Made by a program: the position numbers and the translations under genes
From: an uncultured Chloroflexia bacterium
GTDB lineage: Bacteria; Chloroflexota; Limnocylindria; Limnocylindrales; CSP1-4
Direction of reading: 5' to 3'
Assembly: GCA_963759135.1 (NCBI GenBank)
Contig: CAVWXU010000026.1
Coordinates: 2,854 to 66,853 of the forward strand
DNA length: 64,000 nt
Notes under the pieces: model-generated
The model's input: only the letters and a program-made list of their open reading frames with translations
What the model was told of the DNA's origin: nothing
Databases searched by the model: none
In this document: positions 24,441-33,419 of the stretch, piece by piece
Layout of the letters: every line of letters begins with the position of its first letter
How positions within the stretch are numbered: position 1 is the first letter of the stretch

Positions 24441-26978
24441 ATGACGAAGAACCTCGTGGTCGTCGAGTCGCCGGCCAAGGCGAAGACGATCGAGCGGTAC
24501 CTCGGCGAGGAGTACCGCGTCCTGGCTTCGTACGGCCACGTCCGGGACCTGCCCGAGAATCCCGGCAAAGGCAGGCTGGGCGTCGACGTCGAGCATGACT
24601 TTGCGCCCGAGTACGTGGTGTCCGAGGATCGGCGCAAGCAGGTCGAAGCCATTCGGCGCGCGGCGAGGAGCGCGGAGTACGTCTACCTCGCCACGGACCT
24701 CGACCGCGAGGGTGAGGCCATCGCGTGGCACGTGGCGGCGGCGGCCGGCGTGCCCAGCGAGAAGACGCGGCGAGTCACGTTCAGCGAGATCACGGAGGGG
24801 GCGATCCGGGAGGCGTTCGCCCACCCGCGCGCGATCGACGAGAACCTCGTAGACGCACAGCAGACGCGGCGCATCGTCGACCGGCTCGTCGGGTACACGT
24901 TGAGTCCGCTGTTGTCCCGCAAGGTCCGGGGCGGCCTGTCGGCCGGGCGCGTCCAGTCGGTGGCGGTCCGCATGGTCGTCGAGCGAGAGCGCGAGATCAA
25001 GGCGTTCGCCCCGTTCGAGTACTGGACGCTTGAGACGTTGCTGGAGACGCGCGGAGGCGACCGGTTCACCGCGGAGCTCGTGCGCATCGACGGTGCGAAG
25101 CCCGAAATCGGCGACGCTGCCGGCGCGGAGGCGCACGCCGGCGCGCTGCGGGAGCTCCGGCCGCGCGTCGCCAGGGTCGCTGTGTCGACCAGACGGATGA
25201 ACCCGGCCCCGCCGTTCACGACGAGCACCCTGCAGCAGGAGGCCAGCCGCAAGCTCGGGTTCGCCCCACGGCGGACGATGTCCGTTGCGCAACGGCTCTA
25301 CGAGGGCGTCGACACCGGCGAGGGTCAGGTCGGCCTCGTCACCTACATGCGGACGGACTCCACGGCGATGGCGACCGTCGCGATGGCGGAGGCGCGCGAC
25401 GTGATCCGGGCACGCTATGGTCCGCCCTACGTGGTGCCGCGTGGACGGGTCTACCGGACCAAGGTGCGGGGGGCGCAGGAGGCGCACGAGTCGATCCGGC
25501 CCACGTCATTCGCGCGCGAGCCCGACGCGCTCTCCGGGCACCTGAAGTCCGACGAGCTGCGGTTGTACCGGCTGATCTGGCAACGGGCACTGGCTTCGCA
25601 GATGGCCTCCAAGGAGATCGAGACCACGACTGCGGATCTCGAGGCGGCACGATACGGGCTGCGCGCCAGCGCCAGCCGCACCACGTTCGATGGGTTCTCG
25701 CGCGTCTACACGGAGGGCCGAGACGACGACGGCGAGGAGCGCGAGGGGCGCCTGCCCGCGCTGGCCGCCGGCGACGAGACGGCCGTGGTCGACGTCACGC
25801 CCGCGCAGCACTTCACCGAGCCGCCCCCGCGGTACACCGAGGCGACCCTCATCAAGGCGCTCGAGGACCGCGGTATCGGCCGCCCCTCCACCTACGCCGC
25901 AACGATCTCCACCATCCAGGACAGGGGGTATGTGAAGCTCGTCGACCGGCGCCTGCGGCCCGAGGCCGTGGGTGACGTCGTGACGGACCTGCTGGTCGAG
26001 CACTTCGGCGAATTCGTGGACCCCGAGTTCACGGCCCGAATGGAAGAGCGCCTCGACGAGATCGCCCGTGGCGAGCGCGAATGGGTGCCGCTGCTCCGGG
26101 AGTTCTACGGACCGCTGCGCGACCTCGTGGACGAGAAACGGCGGGAGCTACGCCGTCGCGATTTCACCACGGAGCAGTCGGACGAGCTGTGCTCGCTCGG
26201 CCACCCGATGGTCGTCCGCCTCGGCCGCTACGGTCGCTTCCTCTCGTGCTCGCTCTACCCGGAGCACCAGGAGAGCCGGCCGCTCGTGGACGCGGGTTCG
26301 GACGATGGATCGGAACCACCCGGCGACGGCCATGCATCCGCGGAGCGGCGGCTCCCCGGGGTGGGGGAGACCTGCCCGGAATGCGGACAGGGGACGCTGG
26401 TCGAGAAGCGCGGTCGCTTCGGGCCGTTCGCCGGCTGCTCCCGCTATCCGGAGTGCACCTTCATCAGGAAGGAGGGCCCGCCTCCTCCGCCGGCGCTGGC
26501 CTTCGAGGTGGCATGTCCGCGGTGCGGCACGGGACACCTGGTGTCCCGGCGCGCCAGACGCACGGGCAAGGTCTTCTGGGGTTGCTCGCGCTACCCGTCG
26601 TGCGACTGCACGACGGACTTCGAGCCGGTCGGGGCGCGCCACGCTGCGGATGCCGGGCCGGTCGGGCGGCGGGCCGCCGGGGGCATCTGCCTGCTGTGCG
26701 GAGCCTCCGTTCCGTTGCCCGATGGCGACCCCGTCGGGATGCGCCTGGAGGGCGGGCCCCCCGATCCGGGAGCGCTGGCGCCTCGGCGACGCGGTGCGGG
26801 CGGCAAGTCCACGGCAACCGGCAAGTCCGCGGGCGGTAAGTCCGCGGGCGGCAAGTCCGCAGGCGGCAAGTCTGCAGGAGACAAGTCCGCGGGAACTGGC
26901 CCACGGACGCGAACGCGCCCTCCGGCGACCGCCCGTCGCCCCCGGAGCCCGCGCCGCGGCGACACCGGCACGGCGTGA
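24441..26978 (+). CDS. topA: DNA topoisomerase I
   Basis: ATG 24441 (MTKNLVVVESPAKAKTIERYLG, TOPRIM) inside track ORF 24423..26978. Active-site region TYMRTDST. C-terminal zinc ribbons (CPECGQG...CSRYPEC; CPRCGTG...CSRYPSC) and a Lys-rich repeat tail. Confidence 0.97.
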   Translation: MTKNLVVVESPAKAKTIERYLGEEYRVLASYGHVRDLPENPGKGRLGVDVEHDFAPEYVVSEDRRKQVEAIRRAARSAEYVYLATDLDREGEAIAWHVAAAAGVPSEKTRRVTFSEITEGAIREAFAHPRAIDENLVDAQQTRRIVDRLVGYTLSPLLSRKVRGGLSAGRVQSVAVRMVVEREREIKAFAPFEYWTLETLLETRGGDRFTAELVRIDGAKPEIGDAAGAEAHAGALRELRPRVARVAVSTRRMNPAPPFTTSTLQQEASRKLGFAPRRTMSVAQRLYEGVDTGEGQVGLVTYMRTDSTAMATVAMAEARDVIRARYGPPYVVPRGRVYRTKVRGAQEAHESIRPTSFAREPDALSGHLKSDELRLYRLIWQRALASQMASKEIETTTADLEAARYGLRASASRTTFDGFSRVYTEGRDDDGEEREGRLPALAAGDETAVVDVTPAQHFTEPPPRYTEATLIKALEDRGIGRPSTYAATISTIQDRGYVKLVDRRLRPEAVGDVVTDLLVEHFGEFVDPEFTARMEERLDEIARGEREWVPLLREFYGPLRDLVDEKRRELRRRDFTTEQSDELCSLGHPMVVRLGRYGRFLSCSLYPEHQESRPLVDAGSDDGSEPPGDGHASAERRLPGVGETCPECGQGTLVEKRGRFGPFAGCSRYPECTFIRKEGPPPPPALAFEVACPRCGTGHLVSRRARRTGKVFWGCSRYPSCDCTTDFEPVGARHAADAGPVGRRAAGGICLLCGASVPLPDGDPVGMRLEGGPPDPGALAPRRRGAGGKSTATGKSAGGKSAGGKSAGGKSAGDKSAGTGPRTRTRPPATARRPRSPRRGDTGTA
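26802..26894 (+). repeat. In-frame 15-nt tandem repeat encoding (G-K-S-A-G)n in the topA tail
   Basis: Six units (GGCAAGTCCGCGGGC and variants) encode GKSTATGKSAGGKSAGGKSAGGKSAGDKSAG. Confidence 0.9.
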
Positions 26979-28120
26979 GCCCCGACGACGCACTCGCGTC
27001 GTTCCTCGAGGCGCTCTCGGCACGAGACGCTTCCCCGCACACCATCCGTGCGTACCGGACGGCCCTGACGGACTACCTCGGCTGGCTGGCCGAAGCCGAC
27101 GCCACGGCTCTCGCCCGCTCCGGCCACCCGGAGGACACGGCGTGGGAGCGTCCGTCCCGGGCGGTCCTGCGCGGCTACCTGGGCCACCTGTCGGACCGCC
27201 TCTCGCGGCGTTCGATCGGCAGCCGGCTGGGCGCCGTGCGGTCGTTCTACCGGCACGGGAGGCGCGCCGGGTGGGTCGAGGGCGACCCGTGGGCAGCCAT
27301 CGCCACGCCCCGACAGGGCACCCGGCTGCCCAGGGTGCTCGACGTCGCGCAAGTCGAGCGGTTGCTCGACGCGACGGACGTCCGTGTCACCCGCAAGGAC
27401 CTGCGACCGGCAGGCGCGGGCGCGTCACACGAGGGCGCGACGAGGCCGGCGATGCCCGGAGCGCGCGCGCTTGACGCCGTTGGGCTGGCCGTGCGCGATC
27501 GCGCGATCGTGGAGACGGCCTATGCCGCGGGACTGCGCATCAGCGAGCTCGCAGGCCTTCGAAGCCGAGACCTCGATCTCCGTCACGCAGAGGCGCGCGT
27601 GCTCGGCAAGGGTCGAAAGGAGCGCGTTGCGCTGCTCGGGCGCCCGGCCGTGGAGGCGCTGGAGGCGTACCTGCGCGACGTCCGCCCCGTTCTGAGGGCC
27701 CGCACGAGGGACTCGGATCTGGGTTTCGTCTTCCTGAACTCGCGGGGCGGCCCGATGGGGGTCCGTGGGGTCCGGCTGCGGGTCGACAGGCTGGTGCGCC
27801 TGGCCGGCCTGCCCGAGGGCGTCAGCCCGCACACCCTGCGCCACTCATTCGCCAGCCACCTCCTGGAAGGTGGCGCGGATCTCCGCGTGGTGCAGGAGCT
27901 CCTCGGCCACTCCAGCCTCGCCACGACGCAGCTGTACACCCACGTCTCGCCCGGCCGGCTCCGTGCCGCGTATGCAGCCGCCCACCCGCGCGCCGGCCGC
28001 GCGGCGGCGGCTGACGGAGGTCCCGTTCCGGGAGGGGCCCGCGGAACGAGCCTTCGCGGCCGACGTATCGGCGGCGGGGAGCCGCCCGCACCGGCACTGC
28101 GTCCCGCCCCTGGCCGATGA
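26975..28120 (+). CDS. xerC: Tyrosine recombinase XerC/XerD family
   Basis: Track ORF with a GTGA overlap to topA. ETAYAAGLRISEL, HTLRHSFASHLL and LGHSSLATTQLYTHV. It carries about 40 aa of extra low-complexity tail after HPRA. Confidence 0.88.
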   Translation: MSPDDALASFLEALSARDASPHTIRAYRTALTDYLGWLAEADATALARSGHPEDTAWERPSRAVLRGYLGHLSDRLSRRSIGSRLGAVRSFYRHGRRAGWVEGDPWAAIATPRQGTRLPRVLDVAQVERLLDATDVRVTRKDLRPAGAGASHEGATRPAMPGARALDAVGLAVRDRAIVETAYAAGLRISELAGLRSRDLDLRHAEARVLGKGRKERVALLGRPAVEALEAYLRDVRPVLRARTRDSDLGFVFLNSRGGPMGVRGVRLRVDRLVRLAGLPEGVSPHTLRHSFASHLLEGGADLRVVQELLGHSSLATTQLYTHVSPGRLRAAYAAAHPRAGRAAAADGGPVPGGARGTSLRGRRIGGGEPPAPALRPAPGR

Positions 28121-29703
28121 CGGAGCCCGGGGCCCTGGCGGGCGGCCGGACGCTGGTTCGCGCCGGTCTCGTGGTCACCGCCGCGTATCTCGCCTCGCGC
28201 ATCCTCGGCTGGATTCGAACGGCAGCCCTGCTCGCGGTCTTCGGCGCCGGCCGCGATCTCGACGCCTACCTGGCGGCGTTTCGCATCCCCGACGCCATCT
28301 TCCAGCTCGTCGCGGCCGGGGCTCTCGGCTCGGCGTTGATCCCGGTGCTCGCCGGGTTGTTCCACGAGGGCAAGCAGCCCCAGGCGTGGCGCCTGGTCTC
28401 GAGCGTGGTCAACCTGATGCTGGTGGCCCTGGCGGCCCTGGCCGTCGTCTTCTTCCTGGCCGCGCCGTGGATCATGCCGCTCATCACCCAGGACTTCACG
28501 AGGCAGCAGCTCGACCTCGCCGTGCGTCTCAGCCGGATCATGCTGCTGTCGCCGATCCTGCTCGCCGTGTCCGCGGTGGCGACGAGCGTCCTCAATGCAG
28601 GCAACCGGTTCACGGCCGCGGCCGTCGCCCCGCTCCTCTACAACCTCGCGATCATCGTGCCGGTCGTGCTCCTCGGCACGTCCATGGGCGTGACGGCGGC
28701 GGCGGTGGGAGTCGTCGCTGGCGCCCTGCTGAGCCTCCTCGTCCAGGTCATGCCGGTCGACGCGATGGGGTATCGCTACCAGCTGGTCGCGGACACGTCC
28801 GACCCGGCGACCCGCGAGGTCGTGCGGCTCGTGGCGCCTCGGGCGCTGGGCCTCGGCGCGACGCAGATCACGTTCATCGTCAACACGCTGCTCGCGTCGG
28901 GCCTCGGTGCCGGGCTCATCAGCGATTACACGGCGGCGTTCACGGCCTACCAGATCCCCATCGGAGTGATCGGTCTGCCGCTTGGGGTGGTGCTCCTCCC
29001 GTCGATGTCCACCGCTCTTGCGGCCGGCGAGCACCGGCAGTTCGGCTACCTCGTCACCCGCTCGCTGCGACTGCTGCTGTTCGTCATGCTGTTCCTGGCG
29101 GCGGTCGGCGTGGCGGTCCGGACGCAGGTGGTGGATCTGCTCTACGGCTACGGGAACTTCACGAGGGGCGACGTCGGCGTGACGGCCGACGCCCTGGAGT
29201 TCTTCCTGCTCGGCCTGGCGGCCGACTCCCTGGTCGTGGTGCTCGCGAGGGCCTTCTACGCGGACAAGGAGACCAGGATCCCGGTGGCGGCCGCTCTCGC
29301 CGCCGTGGCGATCAACGTGGTCGTCTCGGTGGCGACCGTCGGGCCGCTTGGCCTGCGCGGTCTCGCCCTGGGGATCGCCGTCGGCGCCTGGGTGGAGGCC
29401 GTGGTCCTGACGGTGCTGCTCACGCGCAGGGTCCATGCCGTCGACCTCCGCGGCCTCGCCGTAGCGGCGGTCGTCTTCGCGGGCGGCTCGATCCTGTCGG
29501 CCGCGGTGGCCGATGGGGCACTCCAGGCACTCACCTCGCTCCTGGGTGTGTCCCCCGGTCGCGTGCTGGTGCTCGTCGAACTGGTCGTGACGACGGGGGT
29601 CGGCACCCTCGTCTATTGCGCGTGGTGCTACCTCCTCCGCGTGCCGGAGTTGCCCGAGACGATCCGGCTGCTCCGCGACACGCTCGGGCGGAGAATCGCC
29701 TGA
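28117..29703 (+). CDS. murJ: Lipid II flippase MurJ (MviN)
   Basis: Track ORF with an ATGA overlap to xerC. Polytopic membrane protein with a typical MurJ N-terminus (ASRILGWIRTAALLAVFGAG...DAYLAAFRIPD). Confidence 0.9.
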   Translation: MTEPGALAGGRTLVRAGLVVTAAYLASRILGWIRTAALLAVFGAGRDLDAYLAAFRIPDAIFQLVAAGALGSALIPVLAGLFHEGKQPQAWRLVSSVVNLMLVALAALAVVFFLAAPWIMPLITQDFTRQQLDLAVRLSRIMLLSPILLAVSAVATSVLNAGNRFTAAAVAPLLYNLAIIVPVVLLGTSMGVTAAAVGVVAGALLSLLVQVMPVDAMGYRYQLVADTSDPATREVVRLVAPRALGLGATQITFIVNTLLASGLGAGLISDYTAAFTAYQIPIGVIGLPLGVVLLPSMSTALAAGEHRQFGYLVTRSLRLLLFVMLFLAAVGVAVRTQVVDLLYGYGNFTRGDVGVTADALEFFLLGLAADSLVVVLARAFYADKETRIPVAAALAAVAINVVVSVATVGPLGLRGLALGIAVGAWVEAVVLTVLLTRRVHAVDLRGLAVAAVVFAGGSILSAAVADGALQALTSLLGVSPGRVLVLVELVVTTGVGTLVYCAWCYLLRVPELPETIRLLRDTLGRRIA

Positions 29704-29705
29704 CC

Positions 29706-30764
29706 GTGGACGAGAGGCACGGTCCCGGCGTGGCTTCGGTCTCGCCGCCGATCCCACCGGACGGCGCGGCATGGGATGCCTACGTCGCCTCCACGCCGCT
29801 CGCGCCGTACCTGCAGGCGACGCCGTGGGCGGCCGTCAAGGCGCGCAACGGATGGAGCGCGCGCCGCATCGTCGCCGGCGGGATCGGAGCGCAGGTGCTC
29901 ACGCACAGGGTCGGCCCACTGCCGTGGTCGGTGGGGTATGCGCCGCGGGGGCCCGTCGCCCGTTCACTGGACGAGCAGGCGGTCCTTGCCTGGACGGAGG
30001 CCGTGGGGCGTTTCGCCCGCGAGGCGCGCCTGAGCCACCTCGTCGTCGACCCGGAGATCGAGGCCGGCGGTCCGGAGCTGGGCTGGTTCCTCCACTCCGG
30101 GTGGCGTTCCTGCCCTTCCCCGCAACCGGCGCGCTCCCGCTGGATCGACCTGTCGAGGGGCGAGGGCGATCTCTGGAATGACCTGCGAGGGAAGTGGCGG
30201 CAGTACGTGCAGAAGGCGCGCCGGTCGGGCGTGCGCGTCGTCGAGGCCGGCCCCGAGCGGCTGGGCGAGTTCTACTCGATCTACGTCGAGACGGCACGCC
30301 GGGCCGGGTTCACGTACCGCACGGAGGCCACCTACGCCGCGGTATTCGACGAGTACGCCTCCCACGGACGGGCCCGCCTGCTGTTCGCCGTCGATGCGGC
30401 GGGACGTGCGCAGGCGACACTCATGCTGATCGGCTGGGGAGCGCGGATCGTGGAGCCGTATGGCGGGATGACCCGGAGTGGTGCGGAGTCGCGGGCGAAC
30501 TACCTGCTGAAGTGGGAGGCGATCCGGTCGTCCCGCGACGCCGGCTACGGTGTCTACGACCTGTGGGGTCTCTCGCACCCGGGCATCGAGTACTTCAAGG
30601 CGGGGTTCGGCGGGCGCGAGGTGGACTTCATCGGGGGCCTCGAGCTGCGGGTCCGCCCGCTCGTGCGGACCGCCGTGCAGGCGGCCCAGGCCGCGCGCGT
30701 CCTGCTCGCGACGCGCCGCCTCGCGGGCGATCGCCGGCCCACCGACACCGGCGCCGAGCCATGA
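29706..30764 (+). CDS. FemAB-family peptidoglycan peptide-bridge aminoacyltransferase (copy 1)
   Basis: GTG 29706, 2 nt after the murJ stop, inside spurious track ORF 27765..30764. Motifs QATPWAAVKARNGW, YAPRGP, RGKWRQYVQKA and YLLKWEAI. Confidence 0.8.
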   Translation: MDERHGPGVASVSPPIPPDGAAWDAYVASTPLAPYLQATPWAAVKARNGWSARRIVAGGIGAQVLTHRVGPLPWSVGYAPRGPVARSLDEQAVLAWTEAVGRFAREARLSHLVVDPEIEAGGPELGWFLHSGWRSCPSPQPARSRWIDLSRGEGDLWNDLRGKWRQYVQKARRSGVRVVEAGPERLGEFYSIYVETARRAGFTYRTEATYAAVFDEYASHGRARLLFAVDAAGRAQATLMLIGWGARIVEPYGGMTRSGAESRANYLLKWEAIRSSRDAGYGVYDLWGLSHPGIEYFKAGFGGREVDFIGGLELRVRPLVRTAVQAAQAARVLLATRRLAGDRRPTDTGAEP

Positions 30765-32347
30765 CGGCCGGTCGCCGCGCCGCCATGCGGGACATGCCTC
30801 GTGCGCTCGGCGACCTGGCCGGCCTGCTCGCCCGGCGGGGCAACCTCGTGGGAGTTGTGCCCGCCGCGGCGTCCGGCGTGGACACCGCCGCGATCCGACG
30901 CGTCGACTACGACTCGCGGCAGGTCCGCGAGGGCAGCCTCTTCGTCGCCATCCGCGGTACGCGGCAGGACGGCCACGCGTTCGTGCCCGCCGCCGTCGCC
31001 GCAGGGGCCTCGGCCGTCCTGGTCGAGCGGCCGCTGCCGCAGGTGCCCGTGCCGCAGCTGGTCGTCGGCGCGGCCAGACCTGCGCTGGCCACGGCGTCCG
31101 CGTGGCTCGAGGGGTTCCCCAGCCACCGGCTCGGCGTGGTGGGGATCACCGGCACGGACGGCAAGACCACCACGAGCTTTCTCGTGCGCGCGATCCTCGA
31201 GACGGCCGGGTATCCGTGCGGCCTGACGGGCACCGTCACGACGATCGTCGGTGGCGGCCGGCTCGGTGACGCCACCCGGGCCACCACGCCCGAAGCGCCC
31301 GAGCTGCAGGCGGCGCTGGCCGCCATGGTCGAGTCGGGCGACCGCTTCGCCGTGGTCGAGTCGACCTCGCACGGCCTCGCGCTCGACCGGGTCGGCGAGG
31401 TGGCCTACGACCTCGCGGTGCTGACCAACCTCACGGAGGAGCACCTCGAGTTCCACGGGACCCTCGAGGCGTACCGTGCCGCCAAGCGACGCCTCTTCGA
31501 GGCGCTCGCGGCCGGCGACCGCAACCCGGAGAAGGGCTGGGGTAAGACCGGGGTTGTCAACCTCGACGACCCGTCGGCCGCCGAGTTCGTCGACGCGACC
31601 CGGCGCGCCGGTGCCCGGCTGATCACGTACGGCCGCGCCCCCGGCGCCGCGGTTCGCCTGCTCGACGTCCGACAGGACGCGGCGGCGCTGCACATCGAGG
31701 TCGAGACGCCGCGCTGGCGCGGGCCCGTGAACCTGCGCCTGGCGGGAACCTTCAACGGCCACAACGCGCTGGCCGCGATCGCGGTGGGCGAGGCGCTCGG
31801 GCTGCGGCCCGACGCGGTGCGCGCGGGCCTGGAGGCCGTAGAACGGGTGCCCGGACGAATGGAGCGCCTACCGACGACACTGCCGTTCTCCGTGGTCGTC
31901 GACTATGCCCACACCGCCAACGCGCTCGCACTCGTCCTCGACGACCTGGCGCCGGTCGCCGCCGCGGGCGGCGGCGGGCTCGTCGCCGTCTTCGGATCGG
32001 CGGGCGAGCGCGACGTCGTCAAGCGACCGGTCATGGGCCGCGTCGCGGCCGAGCGCTGCCGGCTGGTCGTGGTGACCGACGAGGACCCGCGCGGAGAGGA
32101 CCGCCAGCGAATCATCGACGAGATCGCGGCGGGCGCCGAGGAGGCCGGCAAGGTCCGTGACCGCGACCTGCTGCTGATCCCCGATCGCTCGTCCGCGATT
32201 CGCGTCGCACTTCAGCAGGCGCGACCCGGCGACGTCGTGCTGCTCGCCGGCAAGGGCCACGAGTCCACGATCGAGATGGCCGACGGGTCGCACCCCTGGG
32301 ACGAGCGGGGCACCGCCCTGGCGGTACTGGCGGCGCTGGAGGGGTGA
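30761..32347 (+). CDS. murE: UDP-N-acetylmuramoyl-L-alanyl-D-glutamate ligase MurE (third-position amino acid not assignable)
   Basis: ATG 30761 (ATGA overlap) inside track ORF 30194..32347. GITGTDGKTTT, DYAHT, and DEDPR in place of the DNPR specificity motif. Confidence 0.95.
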   Translation: MTAGRRAAMRDMPRALGDLAGLLARRGNLVGVVPAAASGVDTAAIRRVDYDSRQVREGSLFVAIRGTRQDGHAFVPAAVAAGASAVLVERPLPQVPVPQLVVGAARPALATASAWLEGFPSHRLGVVGITGTDGKTTTSFLVRAILETAGYPCGLTGTVTTIVGGGRLGDATRATTPEAPELQAALAAMVESGDRFAVVESTSHGLALDRVGEVAYDLAVLTNLTEEHLEFHGTLEAYRAAKRRLFEALAAGDRNPEKGWGKTGVVNLDDPSAAEFVDATRRAGARLITYGRAPGAAVRLLDVRQDAAALHIEVETPRWRGPVNLRLAGTFNGHNALAAIAVGEALGLRPDAVRAGLEAVERVPGRMERLPTTLPFSVVVDYAHTANALALVLDDLAPVAAAGGGGLVAVFGSAGERDVVKRPVMGRVAAERCRLVVVTDEDPRGEDRQRIIDEIAAGAEEAGKVRDRDLLLIPDRSSAIRVALQQARPGDVVLLAGKGHESTIEMADGSHPWDERGTALAVLAALEG

Positions 32348-33408
32348 GCGCCGTCGCGGTGGAGGCGCGGGAGGCGGATGAGGATGACCGCGACCGGTGG
32401 GACGCGTTCGTCGCAGGGCTTGCCTCGGCCGACCCGCTCCAGGCATGGGGATGGGGAGAGGTGGCGCGCACCGGCGGGGAGCGACCGGCGCGCATCCTCG
32501 TCTCCGACGGGCTCGGACGCACCAGGGGCGTGGCCTCGGTCCTGGTGCGCGAGGCAACCATGGGACGCCGCGTCCTGTACGCGCCCCACGGCCCCGCGTG
32601 GGATGCGACGGCGCCGGACGCGGGCCCGGTGCTGGATGCCCTCATCGGGGCGCTGCGTCGCCTCGGGCGCCGTGAACACGGGATCGTCGTCAAGCTGGAC
32701 CCGCGCGCGACCCCGTCCGTTCGGGCGTCCGATCTGCAGGTGGCGCTTCGGGCGAGAGGGCTTCGCCAGGCCCGCGCCGACCTGCAGGCCGCTACGACCC
32801 GGGTGCTGGACCTCCGCCCCGGCGCGGCGACCGCGTTCGCCGGGCTCGGGAAGGACACGCGCAACCTCGTGCGGCGGGCGGCCCGCGAGGGCGTGGATAC
32901 CCGCGTGGTCCGCGACGCCGACGCCGCGGCGTACGCCACGTTCGCCTCGTTGCTGGCGATGACCGCGTCCCGCGCCGGCTTCCGTGCTCGCCCCGCATCC
33001 GCGTTCGACGCCATCGCCACCCAGTACGCCGCGCGCGGGGACGCCTGCCTCGTCCTCGCCGGGCTGCACGGCGAGACGATCGCCGGCTGCCTCGCGCTGG
33101 CCACCGGGTCTCGCGCCTTCTACCTGTACGCCGCCGCGCTGCGCGAACCAGGCCTGCGGCACGCCAACGCGCCGTACGCGGTCCTCTGGGCGTGCATCGA
33201 GGCGCTCATCGCCGACGGCCGCGAGACGCTTGACCTGTGGGGCGTCGCCGAGCCCGGGGATCCGTCCGCCGACCCGGGGTGGGCCGGCTTCAGCCTGTTC
33301 AAGCGGGGGTTCGGAGGAACGCCTCTCCGGCACCCGGGCACGTTCGACCTCGTGCTCTCGCCCTGGTGGTATGCGCTGCGCGACGTGCGGGAACGGCTGC
33401 GCTCCTGA
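32344..33408 (+). CDS. FemAB-family aminoacyltransferase (copy 2)
   Basis: Track ORF with a GTGA overlap to murE. LQAWGWGEV, YAPHGP, and the same domain order as copy 1. Confidence 0.8.
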   Translation: MSAVAVEAREADEDDRDRWDAFVAGLASADPLQAWGWGEVARTGGERPARILVSDGLGRTRGVASVLVREATMGRRVLYAPHGPAWDATAPDAGPVLDALIGALRRLGRREHGIVVKLDPRATPSVRASDLQVALRARGLRQARADLQAATTRVLDLRPGAATAFAGLGKDTRNLVRRAAREGVDTRVVRDADAAAYATFASLLAMTASRAGFRARPASAFDAIATQYAARGDACLVLAGLHGETIAGCLALATGSRAFYLYAAALREPGLRHANAPYAVLWACIEALIADGRETLDLWGVAEPGDPSADPGWAGFSLFKRGFGGTPLRHPGTFDLVLSPWWYALRDVRERLRS

Positions 33409-33419
33409 GGCCGAGTATC

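Noticed and set aside
26975-28120. Tyrosine recombinase considered as a phage or ICE integrase marking a mobile element.
   Set aside because: It is overlap-coupled between topA and murJ in a conserved housekeeping context with XerC/D-type motifs. There are no att-like repeats, no cargo genes and no change in composition.
32080-32100. Calling the MurE substrate (mDAP, Lys or Orn) from the DEDPR motif.
   Set aside because: The Arg of DNPR is kept but Asn is replaced. I know of no rule that assigns this variant, so no call is made.
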